Shown piece by piece: positions 40,185 through 51,733 of a stretch of 64,000 nt of DNA; position 1 is the first letter of the stretch; each line of letters starts with the position of its first letter. The notes beneath the pieces are model-generated. The model was not told the origin of the DNA. It was given only the letters and a program-made list of their open reading frames with translations, and did not search any database. Origin of the DNA: Octopus sinensis (lineage: Eukaryota). The stretch spans positions 47,740,001 to 47,804,000 of the forward strand of contig NC_043015.1 of the NCBI RefSeq assembly GCF_006345805.1, given 5' to 3'. A program made the position numbers and the translations under genes.

Positions 40185-40495
40185 GTGAAACGGCTGCGGA
40201 TAAAACGTAACCTTGTATTAAGAAGATAGCAGAGTGGACATCATAGTGTTTTTAGTTATACATGATGCAGTTTCTAAGACGGAGAGATAAAAAAAAAGGA
40301 GATCTGTTAATGTGTCAAATGATAATTAAAAAAAAAAAACGTAATCAATCTGTTCATTATATGTACATAAACATTAACATTTAATAAAGTAATACTTAGT
40401 AGATATGCATCCAGATTATAATAAACATTAAAAAACAAAACAGTAAGTAAACTGGTTAGAAAACTCAGGATAAAAAAATATATATGATATATATT

Positions 40496-40900
40496 GGGAG
40501 TGGCTGTGTGGTAAGTAGCTTGCTTACCAACCACACGGTTCCGGGTTCATTCCCACTGCGTGGCACCTTGGGCAAGTGTCTTCTAATATAGCCTCGGCCG
40601 ACCAAAGCCTTGTGAGTGGATTTGGTAGACGGAAACTGAAAGAAGCCCGTCGTATATATGTATATATACATGTATGTATGTGTGTATATATGTTTGTGTG
40701 TCTTTGTTTGTCCCCCAACATCGCTTGACAACCGATGCTGGTGTGTTTACGTCCCCGTAACTTAGCGGTTCGGTAAAAGAGACCGCTAGAATAAGTACTA
40801 GGCTTACAAAGAATAAGTCCTGGGGTCGATTTGCTCGACTAAAGGTGGTGCTCCAGCATGGCCACAGTCAAATGATTGAAATAAGTAAAAGAGTAAAAGA
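40496..40900 (+). mobile_element. tRNA-SINE family A
   Basis: Near full-length match to 8578-8963. Confidence 0.9.
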
Positions 40901-40909
40901 ACTACTCTA

Positions 40910-41250
40910 TTAGGTTGTTTCGAAAATAAAGTCCGATTTCAGAAACAATTTTATTTTGGAAATATTAACAATAGAAATGATTTGATTTGTCAAAAGTATG
41001 ACCGTGAACATCTATGCATCTCTGCCATCGATCTGCATCGTTGATAAAAACCTATTGGCTTTGATGCTAAGAAATCTTTGAAAGCTGATTCCACCTCTGG
41101 TTTGGACCTGAAAGTTTTATCACTTAAAAACGTGTTTAAATGGTAGTCAGTGGATGAAAGATCATGAGAATATGGAGGATGTGGTAAAGTCTCTTATCCC
41201 AGGAATGAGTTTCTGCAGCGTCATTCCTTTTCCCCCCACTGTAAAAAAAA
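40910..41250 (-). pseudogene. Mariner relic (3' end)
   Basis: TA|TTAGGTTG terminus. The minus strand gives PYSHDLSSTDYHL..FL..KTFRSKPEVESAFKDFLASKP..FY, matching the YSPDLAPxDY motif. Confidence 0.7.
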
Positions 41251-41391
41251 AATCATCAGGCACAGGCATCGCTTGAAAAAACAGAAAGTAAGATCTATCA
41301 CAAAAATGATTGGTCGTAGCCTTCGCATGTGTGGGACTTTCGATCAGTCGATGGCAATAATCGTACACGAGTTTGCACTCATCATGTAAGC

Positions 41392-41422
<31 letters not shown>

Positions 41423-41554
41423 TGTATGTATGTATGTATGTATGTATGTATGTATAGTTAATCCAAACATGAATAAAGAGAAAACACAACAATGCAAGGA
41501 CGTGGAACAAGTATAGTGTTATTGGACGCTCAGGAAAGGAAAGAAAGAAGGAGG

Positions 41555-41589
41555 ATTTAACGTATCAAGCGGAGCTCTTCGTCAGAAAT
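41555..41589 (-). ncRNA. Mutated minimal hammerhead motif
   Basis: ATTT-CTGACGA-A-GAGC(TCC)GCTT-GATACGTT-AAAT. GAA is changed to GAT, so it is probably inactive. Confidence 0.55.
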
Positions 41590-41954
41590 ATAGAAAACAG
41601 GAAAAAGTCCAAGGAAGGGAAGACGGAGAAAGAAAATCACCAACGATACACACGCGGTCACATATTGAAAAATGTATGTATGTATGTATGTATGTATGTA
41701 TGTATGTATGTATGTATGTATGTATGTATATGTGTGTTTGTTTGTTTGTATGTATGTATTTCGCTTAGGCATGATAAGGCTAATAAGCTGGTGTAGAACT
41801 TAATATGCGCATACTTCAGAACAAAGCGTTAGTTGATTACAGAATGGTAATAAGAAAATGAGATGAAAAAGGAGTAAACAATTGTCAAATGAACTTCATA
41901 AGCTCACAGCTGTTTCTGCTATAAGTTGCAGCGGACTTATAGTTGAGTGCCTGG

Positions 41955-42148
41955 CAGCGCTGGATTAACCATTGAGCAAAATAAACACGTGCTTAGGGCA
42001 TCAAGGGAAGGAAGGGACACCACAGAAATGGTAAATAGTTTACGGCAAAAAAGAAATCACTTTAGACTTGCAAAAATGATATTCGGGATGCCTTTATCTC
42101 TAATAAGTATAGATGCAGATGTTTTACCGAAGATTAATTTTAAGGATC
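41955..42148 (+). mobile_element. One end of the same hAT element, truncated by the 18S fragment
   Basis: CAGCGCTGGATTAACC terminus; peptide relic LSLISIDADVLPKINFKDL. Confidence 0.7.
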
Positions 42149-42666
42149 TAATCCGTTAACGAGGATCGACCGGAGGGCAAGTCTGGTGCCAGGAGCTGCG
42201 GTAATTCCAGCTCCAGTAGCGTATGTTAAAATTGTTGCATTTGAAAAACTCGTAGTCGGAATTCGGGTCTCGAAAACGTGCCCCAGCACGTTCGGGGCGA
42301 TGGTGCCGTCGCGGGAGCGCTTCTCGCGCGTCCGCTTCGGTCGTCCGTTCCCACTTCCGGCCCTATTCGCCGGTGCGTGCGCGGTCGGGCTGCGGAGCTC
42401 TGCGCGCATCACCGCCGCGCCGGCTGCCCTACTCTGTCTTCGCCCGTCCGGTTTCACACCTGCACGGCGTCGTCGCGCGGGTCGGTGCGGGAGCCACGAG
42501 GCAGGCGTCGTCGGGCGTCACCGTTCATGTTGCGGTAGCGCGTCTACCTCCCGATCGTTTCGGCGCGCACAGTTCCTCCGAGGGTGCTCTTCGCCGAGTG
42601 TCCGAGGCGGCCGGTAGGTTCACAGTGAACAAATTAGAGTGCTCAGAGCGAGCCCCGCCAGCTTGC
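42147..42666 (+). pseudogene. 18S rRNA fragment (530-loop region through V4), dispersed pseudogene
   Basis: AACGAGGATC..GGAGGGCAAGTCTGGTGCCAG.AGC.GCGGTAATTCCAGCTCC...CTCGTAGT.GGA, then a ~360-nt GC-rich variable region, then TGAACAAATTAGAGTGCTCA. Confidence 0.9.
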
Positions 42667-42676
42667 AAAAAGAGAA

Positions 42677-43150
<474 letters not shown>

Positions 43151-43724
43151 AGTATATATAGAGAGAGAGGGGAGGGGAGACGCATTCATATGTGTGTGTG
43201 TATGTATGCATGTACATATGTATATGTGTATGTAAATGTGTGCGCACGTGCGTGTACGTTTGTGTTTCTCTCTCAACAGCGTTTGAAAACGGTGTTCGTT
43301 TCTTTACGTCCCTGCAATGTAACGATTTGGCAAAAAAGTCCGATAGAATAAGTACAACCCTTAGAAAAAACGCACTGGGGCGGATTTGTTCGACTAAAAC
43401 CCTTCATAACTGTGCTCCAGCAAGGCCGTAGTCCAATGACTGAAACAAGTAGAAGATTAACGATAAAATATATTCTATGCATATACATTATACGATAACC
43501 ACGCCTACAGGAATAAGTCAACGCCTCCCTCAATCATCAGCCAATCACAATACAGCCTTTCTTTCGCGTAAACTTTCCATTCACTTCACAACAAATATTG
43601 CTCAAAGACAAAATATTTCTAATAATAATAACTGCGCTCCAGACACCAAGAAACGTTTCCATGAGAAAAGAATTTGATACCGGTAGAAGTATCTCCATCT
43701 GAACTCAAGGTCAAAGACGTCATG

Positions 43725-44843
43725 CAGGGCTGGATAAAAACCCCAAAGAGGCCCTAAAAAGGCACTTAAAAGATTTTGGTGCCTTCATATACACTCTTTT
43801 ACTTGTTTCAGTCAATTGACCGTGGCCATGCTGGAGCACCGCCTTTAGTCGAGCAAATCGACCCCAGGACTTATCCTTTGTAAGCCTAGTACTTATTCTA
43901 TCGGTCGCTTTTGCCCTAGTACTTGTTCTATTGGTCGCTTTTGCCGAACCGCTAAGTTACGGCGACGTAAACACACCAGCATCGGTTGCCAAGCGATGTT
44001 GGGGGAACAAACACAGACACACAAACATATACATACACACACACACACATATATATATATACAAATATACGACGGGCTTCTTTCAGTTTCCATCTACCAA
44101 ATCCACTCGCAAGGTTTTGGTCGACCCGAGGCTCTTGTAGAAGACACTTGCCAAGGTGCCACGCAGTGGGACTGAACCCGGAACCATGTGGTTGGTAAAC
44201 AAGCTACTTACCACACAGCCACTCCTACGCCTATATATGTGTAAATCAGGCGAACTGGCAGAATCGTTAGCACGCCGGGCGAAATGCGTAGTCATATTTC
44301 GTCTGCTCTTACGTTCTGAGTTCAAATTCCGCCGAGGTCGACTTTGCCTTTCATCCTTTCGGGGTCGATAAATAAAGTACCAGTTTCGCACTGGGGTCGA
44401 TATAATCGACTTAATCCCTTTGTCTGTCCTTGTTTGTCCCCTCTATGTTCAGCCCGCTGTGGGCAATAAAGAAATATATATATATGTGTAAATCAAAATA
44501 TAAACAATGATAAATCATAAAATAAATTTTTATTTTGCTAAATGAAGCAAAACTAACAGTAAGATGGAAAACAATGTTTATTTTTATATACTTATATTTG
44601 AAATTTTTTCTCCTACTTTTTTTTTTTTAATTGCAAAGTCTTTGATCAGATCCTCACCGTGACACCATGAACACTTCGAAACTATATTTCCGATCGTGTA
44701 AACCACTTCGAGTGTTATTTTGGCAAGTTTTGGCAAATGATTTCTTTCGTGCTGTAGACCATTTACCATTTCTCTGGTGTTCTCCGCCTTCCCTTGTTGC
44801 CCTAAGAACGTGCTTATTTTGCTTAATGGTTGATCCAGCGCTG
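43725..44843 (-). mobile_element. Non-autonomous hAT element with two nested SINEs (A at 43794-44233 minus, B at 44248-44475 plus)
   Basis: Termini CAGGGCTGGAT / ATCCAGCGCTG, 8-bp TSD ACGTCATG/AAGTCATG, and relic EDLIKDFAIKK. Confidence 0.8.
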
Positions 44844-45302
44844 AAGTCATGAGGTGTCCATTGGCTTGTCTGAACCTATGAAAACAAATTATGGTTTACG
44901 GCACAAAAGAAATCACTTTAAACTTATTTTGACATAGACACGTCCTCATCATGTTCAAGTAAAAATACCCAGAAAACATTTCTTCAAAATTCTGTATAGT
45001 CGCAGACATAGCTGTGTGGTTAAGAAGCTCTTAATTCTTTGGGGTTTGGATAAATCACCCTTGGAAACATGGGTGTTTCGTTCAACATCCTTAAACAACC
45101 CTTATTCAGGGAACTTTTGAACAGGATGGCCTGCAAGGTCATGCGCTGTTTATCTTGATATGAGATCACCATCTCGCGCACATATGGTTGTGATGCATGT
45201 GCCTGGTGTACCCTTATCAGACGGGTAGTCATGACGGGTATACTGGGCTTCGTATATTGGTATCCCAGTGTCACTTTGATGGCATGCATTGCTCTCTCAC
45301 TC

Positions 45303-45336
<34 letters not shown>

Positions 45337-45338
<2 letters not shown>

Positions 45339-46460
45339 GACCTGCTAATAGAAATTGAAAAAATGTGGCATCTCAAGGCCACTACAGTACCAGTGATTGT
45401 AGAATCTCTAGGAATGATAAAAAAAAAGGTACTGAAACCCATTTGAAAATGATTCCAGGCTTAATATCCCTACAGGAAGTGCAAAAAATCGTATTAACTG
45501 GAACGGCTCATGTACTGAGAAGAGCATTTTCGCTGTGAAAACAACATCCATCCATGAATTTATTTATTTATTAATTTTTAAATACATATTTTATCTGTGA
45601 ATTTGCGTGTGTAATCTGGGAATGCATACAAAGAGCTTCTCTTCCCTAGGTGTATGGAAAACACTCGGCGAGAAACGGAAGAAAATCTGAAGAAAGAAGG
45701 AAAAAACATAATGATAATTATAATAATAAGTGGCTTGAAAAACCTTTGGGAAGCTGATGTAGTAGCTGCAGTGTGTTGGTTGAAAGCCGAAACAGAAGGA
45801 TTTATTCCAGCAACACAAGATCAGAGTCTTCTCAGCCGGAACTATCAAGATAATGTCACATACAATGAGGTAGACACAAAGTGTAGACTCTGCTATGACA
45901 AACTTGAGAGTATTGACCATATTATTGCTGGTTGTTCAGTTCTTGCCCCTACAGAATATAAAACCAGGCATAATCGAGTTGACCATTACTTGCACTGGAG
46001 AATATGACATCACTAAAGTATCCCGCACCCGAAGGACTGGTATGAACACTATCCAGAGCTAATCACTGAAGGAGAGAATGCTACCATTCTATGGGATTAT
46101 GAAATACATACATACAGGCAAATAAATGCTAACAGACCAGATATCGTCATCAAAGACCTAAAACAAAATTAAAAAGAATGCATGTTAATTGATATGACGG
46201 GACCAACTGATAGAAACATCTCAGCAAAGGAATTTGAAAAACTGTCGAAATATAAGGACCTTGAGATTGAGATATCTAGGACGTGGCGATTAAAATCCCA
46301 AACCATCCCTGTTGTTGTAGGTGTCCTGGGAATGATCAAGAAAGGTACTGATAAATTTTTTGAACAGATCCCTGTGAAACCAACAATCTACTGGATTGAA
46401 AAAAACTGTGTTGACATCAACCGCCCACATTCTCTGGAAATTTCTCTCTATCTGATATAG
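45337..46460 (+). pseudogene. Two tandem R4/Dong-like LINE 3' fragments separated by (AAT)-rich DNA
   Basis: 45337-45708: KDLLIEIEKMWHLK..VPVIV. 45730-46460: LKAETEGFI..QDQ...KCRLC...ESIDHIIAGC...YKTRHN...ILWDY...NRPDI...LIDMT...KLSKYKDLEIEI. Confidence 0.85.
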
Positions 46461-46552
46461 ATAAGTGCCTTAGGTCTCTGGCTGAGACCAGTCGGAAGAT
46501 GGGATAAAATGCAATTCAATCGGAAAATGCTGATAATAATAATAACAACAGC

Positions 46553-46585
<33 letters not shown>

Positions 46586-46586
46586 C

Positions 46587-46642
<56 letters not shown>

Positions 46643-46739
46643 ATAAATACTGGAGTTGATTTGTTCGTGTAACTCTTTCTAGGTGGTGCCCCAGCATAGC
46701 CGCAGTCCAATTACCGAAACAAGCGACCGTTGCTGTGCT

Positions 46740-47647
46740 GAAGAAACATTCCGTGTCGCCGGTTAGGTTGATTCAGTTGGATTGTTCCGTTTTGTTTTTC
46801 TTTCAGGCGAAACATTTACTGAATGCAAAGCCCTGCATTAGCCGTGTGGTTGCTTTCAATCCCTTCGTTTTGTGTTAGTCCTTCCCAACCCAACCAATTG
46901 AAGATCTTCGTCTCGCGTGGATGCAGGTCAGGTTTGGTTCAAAGCGTTGCTTACTTGCCGAAACTCAGCCATTTTGTTTTCCCTCTACTTCATATTGACG
47001 TAAAGATGTCATTTTCCATCGGGCTGTGACGATGCAGTAAAGAAATCTCTCTTTATGTTCATGAGTCACCTGTGTGTCCATGAGTGTCGTGTGAGCAAAC
47101 TGTTAGCGATAGAGGAGCACAGGAGTTTGTCTCTGTCGTTCGCCGAGGCTTTGAACCTTACCCTTCGAGTGAAGCTGACGAGCAACGTAATCCCATCTGC
47201 TGGGTCAATTTCCTAGTGGACTTGCACAAATCCTCGGGGATGAGTTCGTTCAAGCGATCCTCATTGAACTGAGTGGGTCGGCCGGAACGCGTGGAGTTAA
47301 TGAAGTTGAATCCCCCTCCTTGGAGCGTAAAAGGCATTTCTCTGCAGTTCTTTTAGTAACTGCGCCTTCTCTGTAAAACAGCATAAATATCTCGAGCGGT
47401 TTTGGCAGCTTTGGAACCTTAATTGAAATCAAAGAGAAAGCAGGTGTCGAAAATACTCATTTTCTTTTTCTACTGACATTGCATCGTCATATGTCTGGAA
47501 AGAAATCTAATTTGTTCAAATTTCAAAAAAAGATAAACAAAAGTTGTAGACGAAGAACAGAGCTACTCAGGCCACAAAAGGAACTGCTTTAGAAGCATTT
47601 TTCGTGTTAATTCGAATATTGGAAAGGAACGAGCGAATTTATCTGAC

Positions 47648-47655
<8 letters not shown>
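46740..47655 (-). pseudogene. Mariner transposase relic (N-terminal half)
   Basis: PRSGRPTQFNEDRLNELI.ED...STRKL and IVT.DGK*HLYVN (IVTGDEKW motif). TIR-like end near 47655. Confidence 0.7.
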
Positions 47656-47678
<23 letters not shown>

Positions 47679-48039
47679 GTGTCAGTGTCTGTGTGTGTGT
47701 GTGTGTGTATGTGTGTGCGTGTGTCAGTGTCTCTGTGTGTGTGTATGTGCGTGCTTGCGCGTGCGTGCGTGTATACATTATGTATGTATATATTATGTAT
47801 GTATGTATGATGTATGTATGTATGTATGCATGCATGCATGTATGTATGTATGTATGCATGTATGTATGTATGTATGTATGTATGTATGTATGTATGTATG
47901 CATGCATGTATGTATGTATGTATGTATGCATGTATGTATACATATACTTGGTTATACTTTTACTTCTTCAAGCGACCACAACATTGAGTTTCAAGGGAAT
48001 CGGGAATCTCTAACCCCCTTTGATTTGCTTTGCTAGATC

Positions 48040-48950
48040 CTCAATTTTACGTTGTATGTCTCTACCATCGACGTCAATTTAGTTGAGTGATGCTTGTCCT
48101 CCATTAGGGTGCGGAAGTTTTCAAAATATATAGCCTGAGATAGCCCAGTGTCCAGCACAATAGCAGTGGTCAGCAAAGCCTACCCTGTGATGAGCATCAA
48201 TTGTTAGAGATGGGCGGAATTTGTCCATAAATTTCCTCTATTGTCTTGTACTTATGCCATGAAATGTCTTGAGCCCTCGTGAAAAGCTTGGTTCATGCAC
48301 CATCAAGGGTGTCTTGAAGCACTTTATCCATAGTCCAGGTTTTGGCTCCATGGAGAAGAATGCTCTCCACACATGCCCGCAAGGTCACCTTTGCTGATTT
48401 TGAAGTACTTGACTGCTAGATGCTTTTAATCTTGTCCAGGTACATCTTTGTATGTTAGGAATTCTTTCTTACAGACAGTAATACAGGACCCAAGGAACTT
48501 AAAGTCACCGGTCTCCTATTGTTGGAACAAGGCAGACGACTTCCATCCCCGTTGATGTTCATGTATTAAATCTTGTTTGCATTGAAAAACAAGCATTCTC
48601 CGAGAATGTTAACAAAAATCTTGTTCATCACGAAGTTGATGAGTGTGAAAGCAAAAACATCTCCTTAGTCGAGGAAACAACAGCTTTCTTAGAGTCTTCA
48701 ATTATTCCACTTCCAAAGAAAGGTAATCCTCATTCACCAGCCTCAGAACAACAGAAAAATCACGCTCTCATTTTTAGCCTGAAAGAACCTACAGCTCAAT
48801 TCTCCTTTACAGAATTTCCCCTCACATTGATATCATCCTATGATCGAATCAAAATGGCTTCCACAAAAGCAGACCAACACTACTGAAGGTTCTTGCTCTT
48901 AGAAGAATCTTAAAAGTGCTCAGAATTTCCAAGCAAAACTCATCAATTGT
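48040..48950 (-). pseudogene. Heavily decayed RTE-clade LINE
   Basis: DFKFLGSCI..., LDGA*TKLFTRA.DISW...EIYGQIPPIS...RVGFADHCY. Confidence 0.6.
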
Positions 48951-51350
48951 ATTTGTAAATTTCTCCAATGTATTCGATATAGCACCAACAGAAAGGTCAA
49001 GCTACATATCCGGTTGAATTAGGGTATCCTAGATGAGATTGTCAAAGCCATTAGCCTCTTTTATGAAACCCCATCAAGCTTTGTGCAAAACACAAACAAA
49101 CCAACTAAAGAGTTCTTAATATCAGCGGAAGACACCCTAGGTTTAAGATACATCAATGGTTCTTGTCTCTTTGTGATTTTAACGGATGACACCCTTAACA
49201 AAGTTTTGACTCCTATCCAAAACAAAGGTCTCACCATTAAGCAGAAGCAAATAAAACTACAGCAGAGCCTGTATCTCTCCAACCTTGACGATTCATAGAG
49301 GTCAGTTGCCTGGCAGATGAGAACATCCAAAATTATTTATGGAAAACTACTTCGAAACCTGCAGCTCCTTTAGCCTGATTATCAATTCACAATCATAACA
49401 ATAATAATTGGTGCACTTCGGTTACGTTAGCAAATGTTTAAGTGACAATCTGGAAAGCTAAGAATTTCGGGGAAAGAAAGATATTGGTAAACACGCACTT
49501 TACAAACACATTCTGGAAGCAGAGCAGTAAAAAATACGCAAGATTGTTCAACAGTTCAACGTGTAACGCTTACTGCTGTTATTATCCAAAGTACAGCGAT
49601 GAAGTTTTGATTCTTTGTTGGAAACCAGCGTATGGATGATGGATGGTCAGGGAATGTTATGGAGGAATGATAATGGATAATGATATTTTGAAATTTACCT
49701 ATTTCCTATGTGGGGAAACGGTCGAGAAAGTATGAGGCAAATAATATATGAAGCAAATTAAACTTGCATTTACACGAAAGTTACCTCAAGAGGTTTGAAG
49801 TGAGTAGTTTTTCAAGTAGTTTGTCACGTAGAACTGTTTTACGTATCAGTCCCCCAAATATCGTATTGTTACGGGTTTAACTAGTGCAGTGTTTCTGACC
49901 CACATCGTGGATATGGTTCCAGTATGTCTGGTGAAAATGTGACAGTCTTTTGTCTAATGGAGGACTAATGGGTTTTGGAATGACCTGTGACCTTGTGCGG
50001 GTGAATTAGGGGTCGCTCTGGACACCCCTTGAATATGTCGTGAGAGAGGATGAGGGGGCAGAGAGGGACAGGCAGAGAGTATGGTAGAGCTGTCAGGAGA
50101 GGAGCGATAGAGTAAGAGCAGAGGGCAAATAGAAAGGATAAGCAGTAAGGGACAGATTGAGGATATAGATAGAGTATAGGGACCAGGGCAGTTAGAGAGG
50201 GTGTGAGCGGTACAGAGGGAGATGAGGGAGTGGAAGAAGGACAGAGACGAAGTGAGGTCTTGGCAGTCGTTGAGCGGTCGTCGAGGAACACAGACGGATC
50301 TTGGAGTCGCTGGCCGGTCCTCGAAGAAGACAGTCGGATCCTGGAAGTCAGAGCGAGTAGATGGAATCTTAGAAGCGTTGGAATCTTAGGAGCAAGTTGG
50401 ATGCGAGAAAGCTTGGCGGCACAGAAGGGAATTAGCAGTATTCAGAGGAATTAGCAGTATTGAGAGGAATGGGACACTGGCAGATTCAATTAGGAATTGA
50501 GGTATGTGTTTGTGCATTGATATGTGTCACGGTGTATTGAACAGTGAAAAGAACAGTCAAGGACTCTGTCGATGTGGTCGATAAAGGACATTGTGAAGAA
50601 GAAGAGTAAAGGACTTGTTGATTGTGATGTTTAGGAAGAGACTTTAAAGAACTGTTGTCTTGGGACGTGTACTGTTGAATTGTTACATGATGTTGTATTA
50701 TGCTTTGGGTTGTACTCTTGAAATGCTGTTGTATTATGTATTGAGTAGTCACGTGCATGCTTTGATGTATCTTGATGTTGTAACAATTGTAATTGTCGTA
50801 TAAACTGTTGTTTGAATATAAGCCAGTGTTGCCAGTTGTTGCCTTGCCTCTTTGGGTTGTATCTCGGGTTGTGCCTCTGTATCTCTGTGCCGTTGAGGTT
50901 GTGGCAGTATCTATCTGTATCTCCTCTCTCCGCCTCTTTGGGGCCCGTGGCGGAACTTGTGTGTGCCGTTCGGGACGAGCGACGACGGGTGATTCCGTAA
51001 CAGTATCTCATCATATCTTCATTATTCGTTCTTCGGTTGCGACATTCAAAGTTCGGTGTACTCTGGCGGAAGCGCTCGACTTGCTCCACTCAATACGCTT
51101 CCGTTATCATCGGAATGAGTGCCAAAAAATTGGACTTTTAGAGACATCTCACAACCAATTTTGCTGCAGTTTTTCAACAGTCTCAATTGACTTCACCTAT
51201 TTTTCTGCCTTGTGATTGCCAAGGAAGCCACGAATCTCTGCAGCAAAGCTGTCCCAATCTTTCTTTTTCTGTTGAGCATAATGGGCAATTCTGTACAATA
51301 TTTACATTATTTACATTCGACGAATATTTGTCCTCATCTTGTTTGTTGTT

Positions 51351-51396
51351 AACACAACGTTTCGGCTGATATACTCTCCAGCCTTCTTCAGGTGTC
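51351..51396 (-). ncRNA. Minimal type I hammerhead motif
   Basis: GACAC-CTGAAGA-A-GGCTG(GAGAGTATAT)CAGCC-GAAACGTT-GTGTT. Confidence 0.8.
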
Positions 51397-51443
51397 TTGG
51401 GGAAATTTCGAAACTGAGTTCTCATTCCTAAGGTATTTTTCGA

Positions 51444-51475
<32 letters not shown>

Positions 51476-51687
51476 GTGTTCAGGTCACTGCTTGGAATCG
51501 AACTCGGAATCTTAAGGTTAGTAGCCCGCGCTCGGAACCTTGGGGTTTAGTAGGCCCACGGGCATATGGCGTTGTGGTTAAGAGCGCGGGCCACAAACCT
51601 CAAGATTCCGAGTTCGATTCCAAGCAGTGACCTGAACACTAATAAAATACCTTAGGAATGAGAACCAAGGTTCGAAATTTCCCCCAT

Positions 51688-51733
51688 GACACCTGATGAA
51701 GGCTGGGAGGTATATCAACCGAAACGTTGTGTT
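51688..51733 (+). ncRNA. Minimal type I hammerhead motif
   Basis: GACAC-CTGATGA-A-GGCTG(GGAGGTATAT)CAACC-GAAACGTT-GTGTT, with one helix II mismatch. Confidence 0.75.

Noticed and set aside
49960-51215. ORFs of 108-152 aa in unique-looking DNA
   Set aside because: No recognisable domain, low-complexity composition, and frames broken by stops. Possibly a TE relic, but I cannot support a call.
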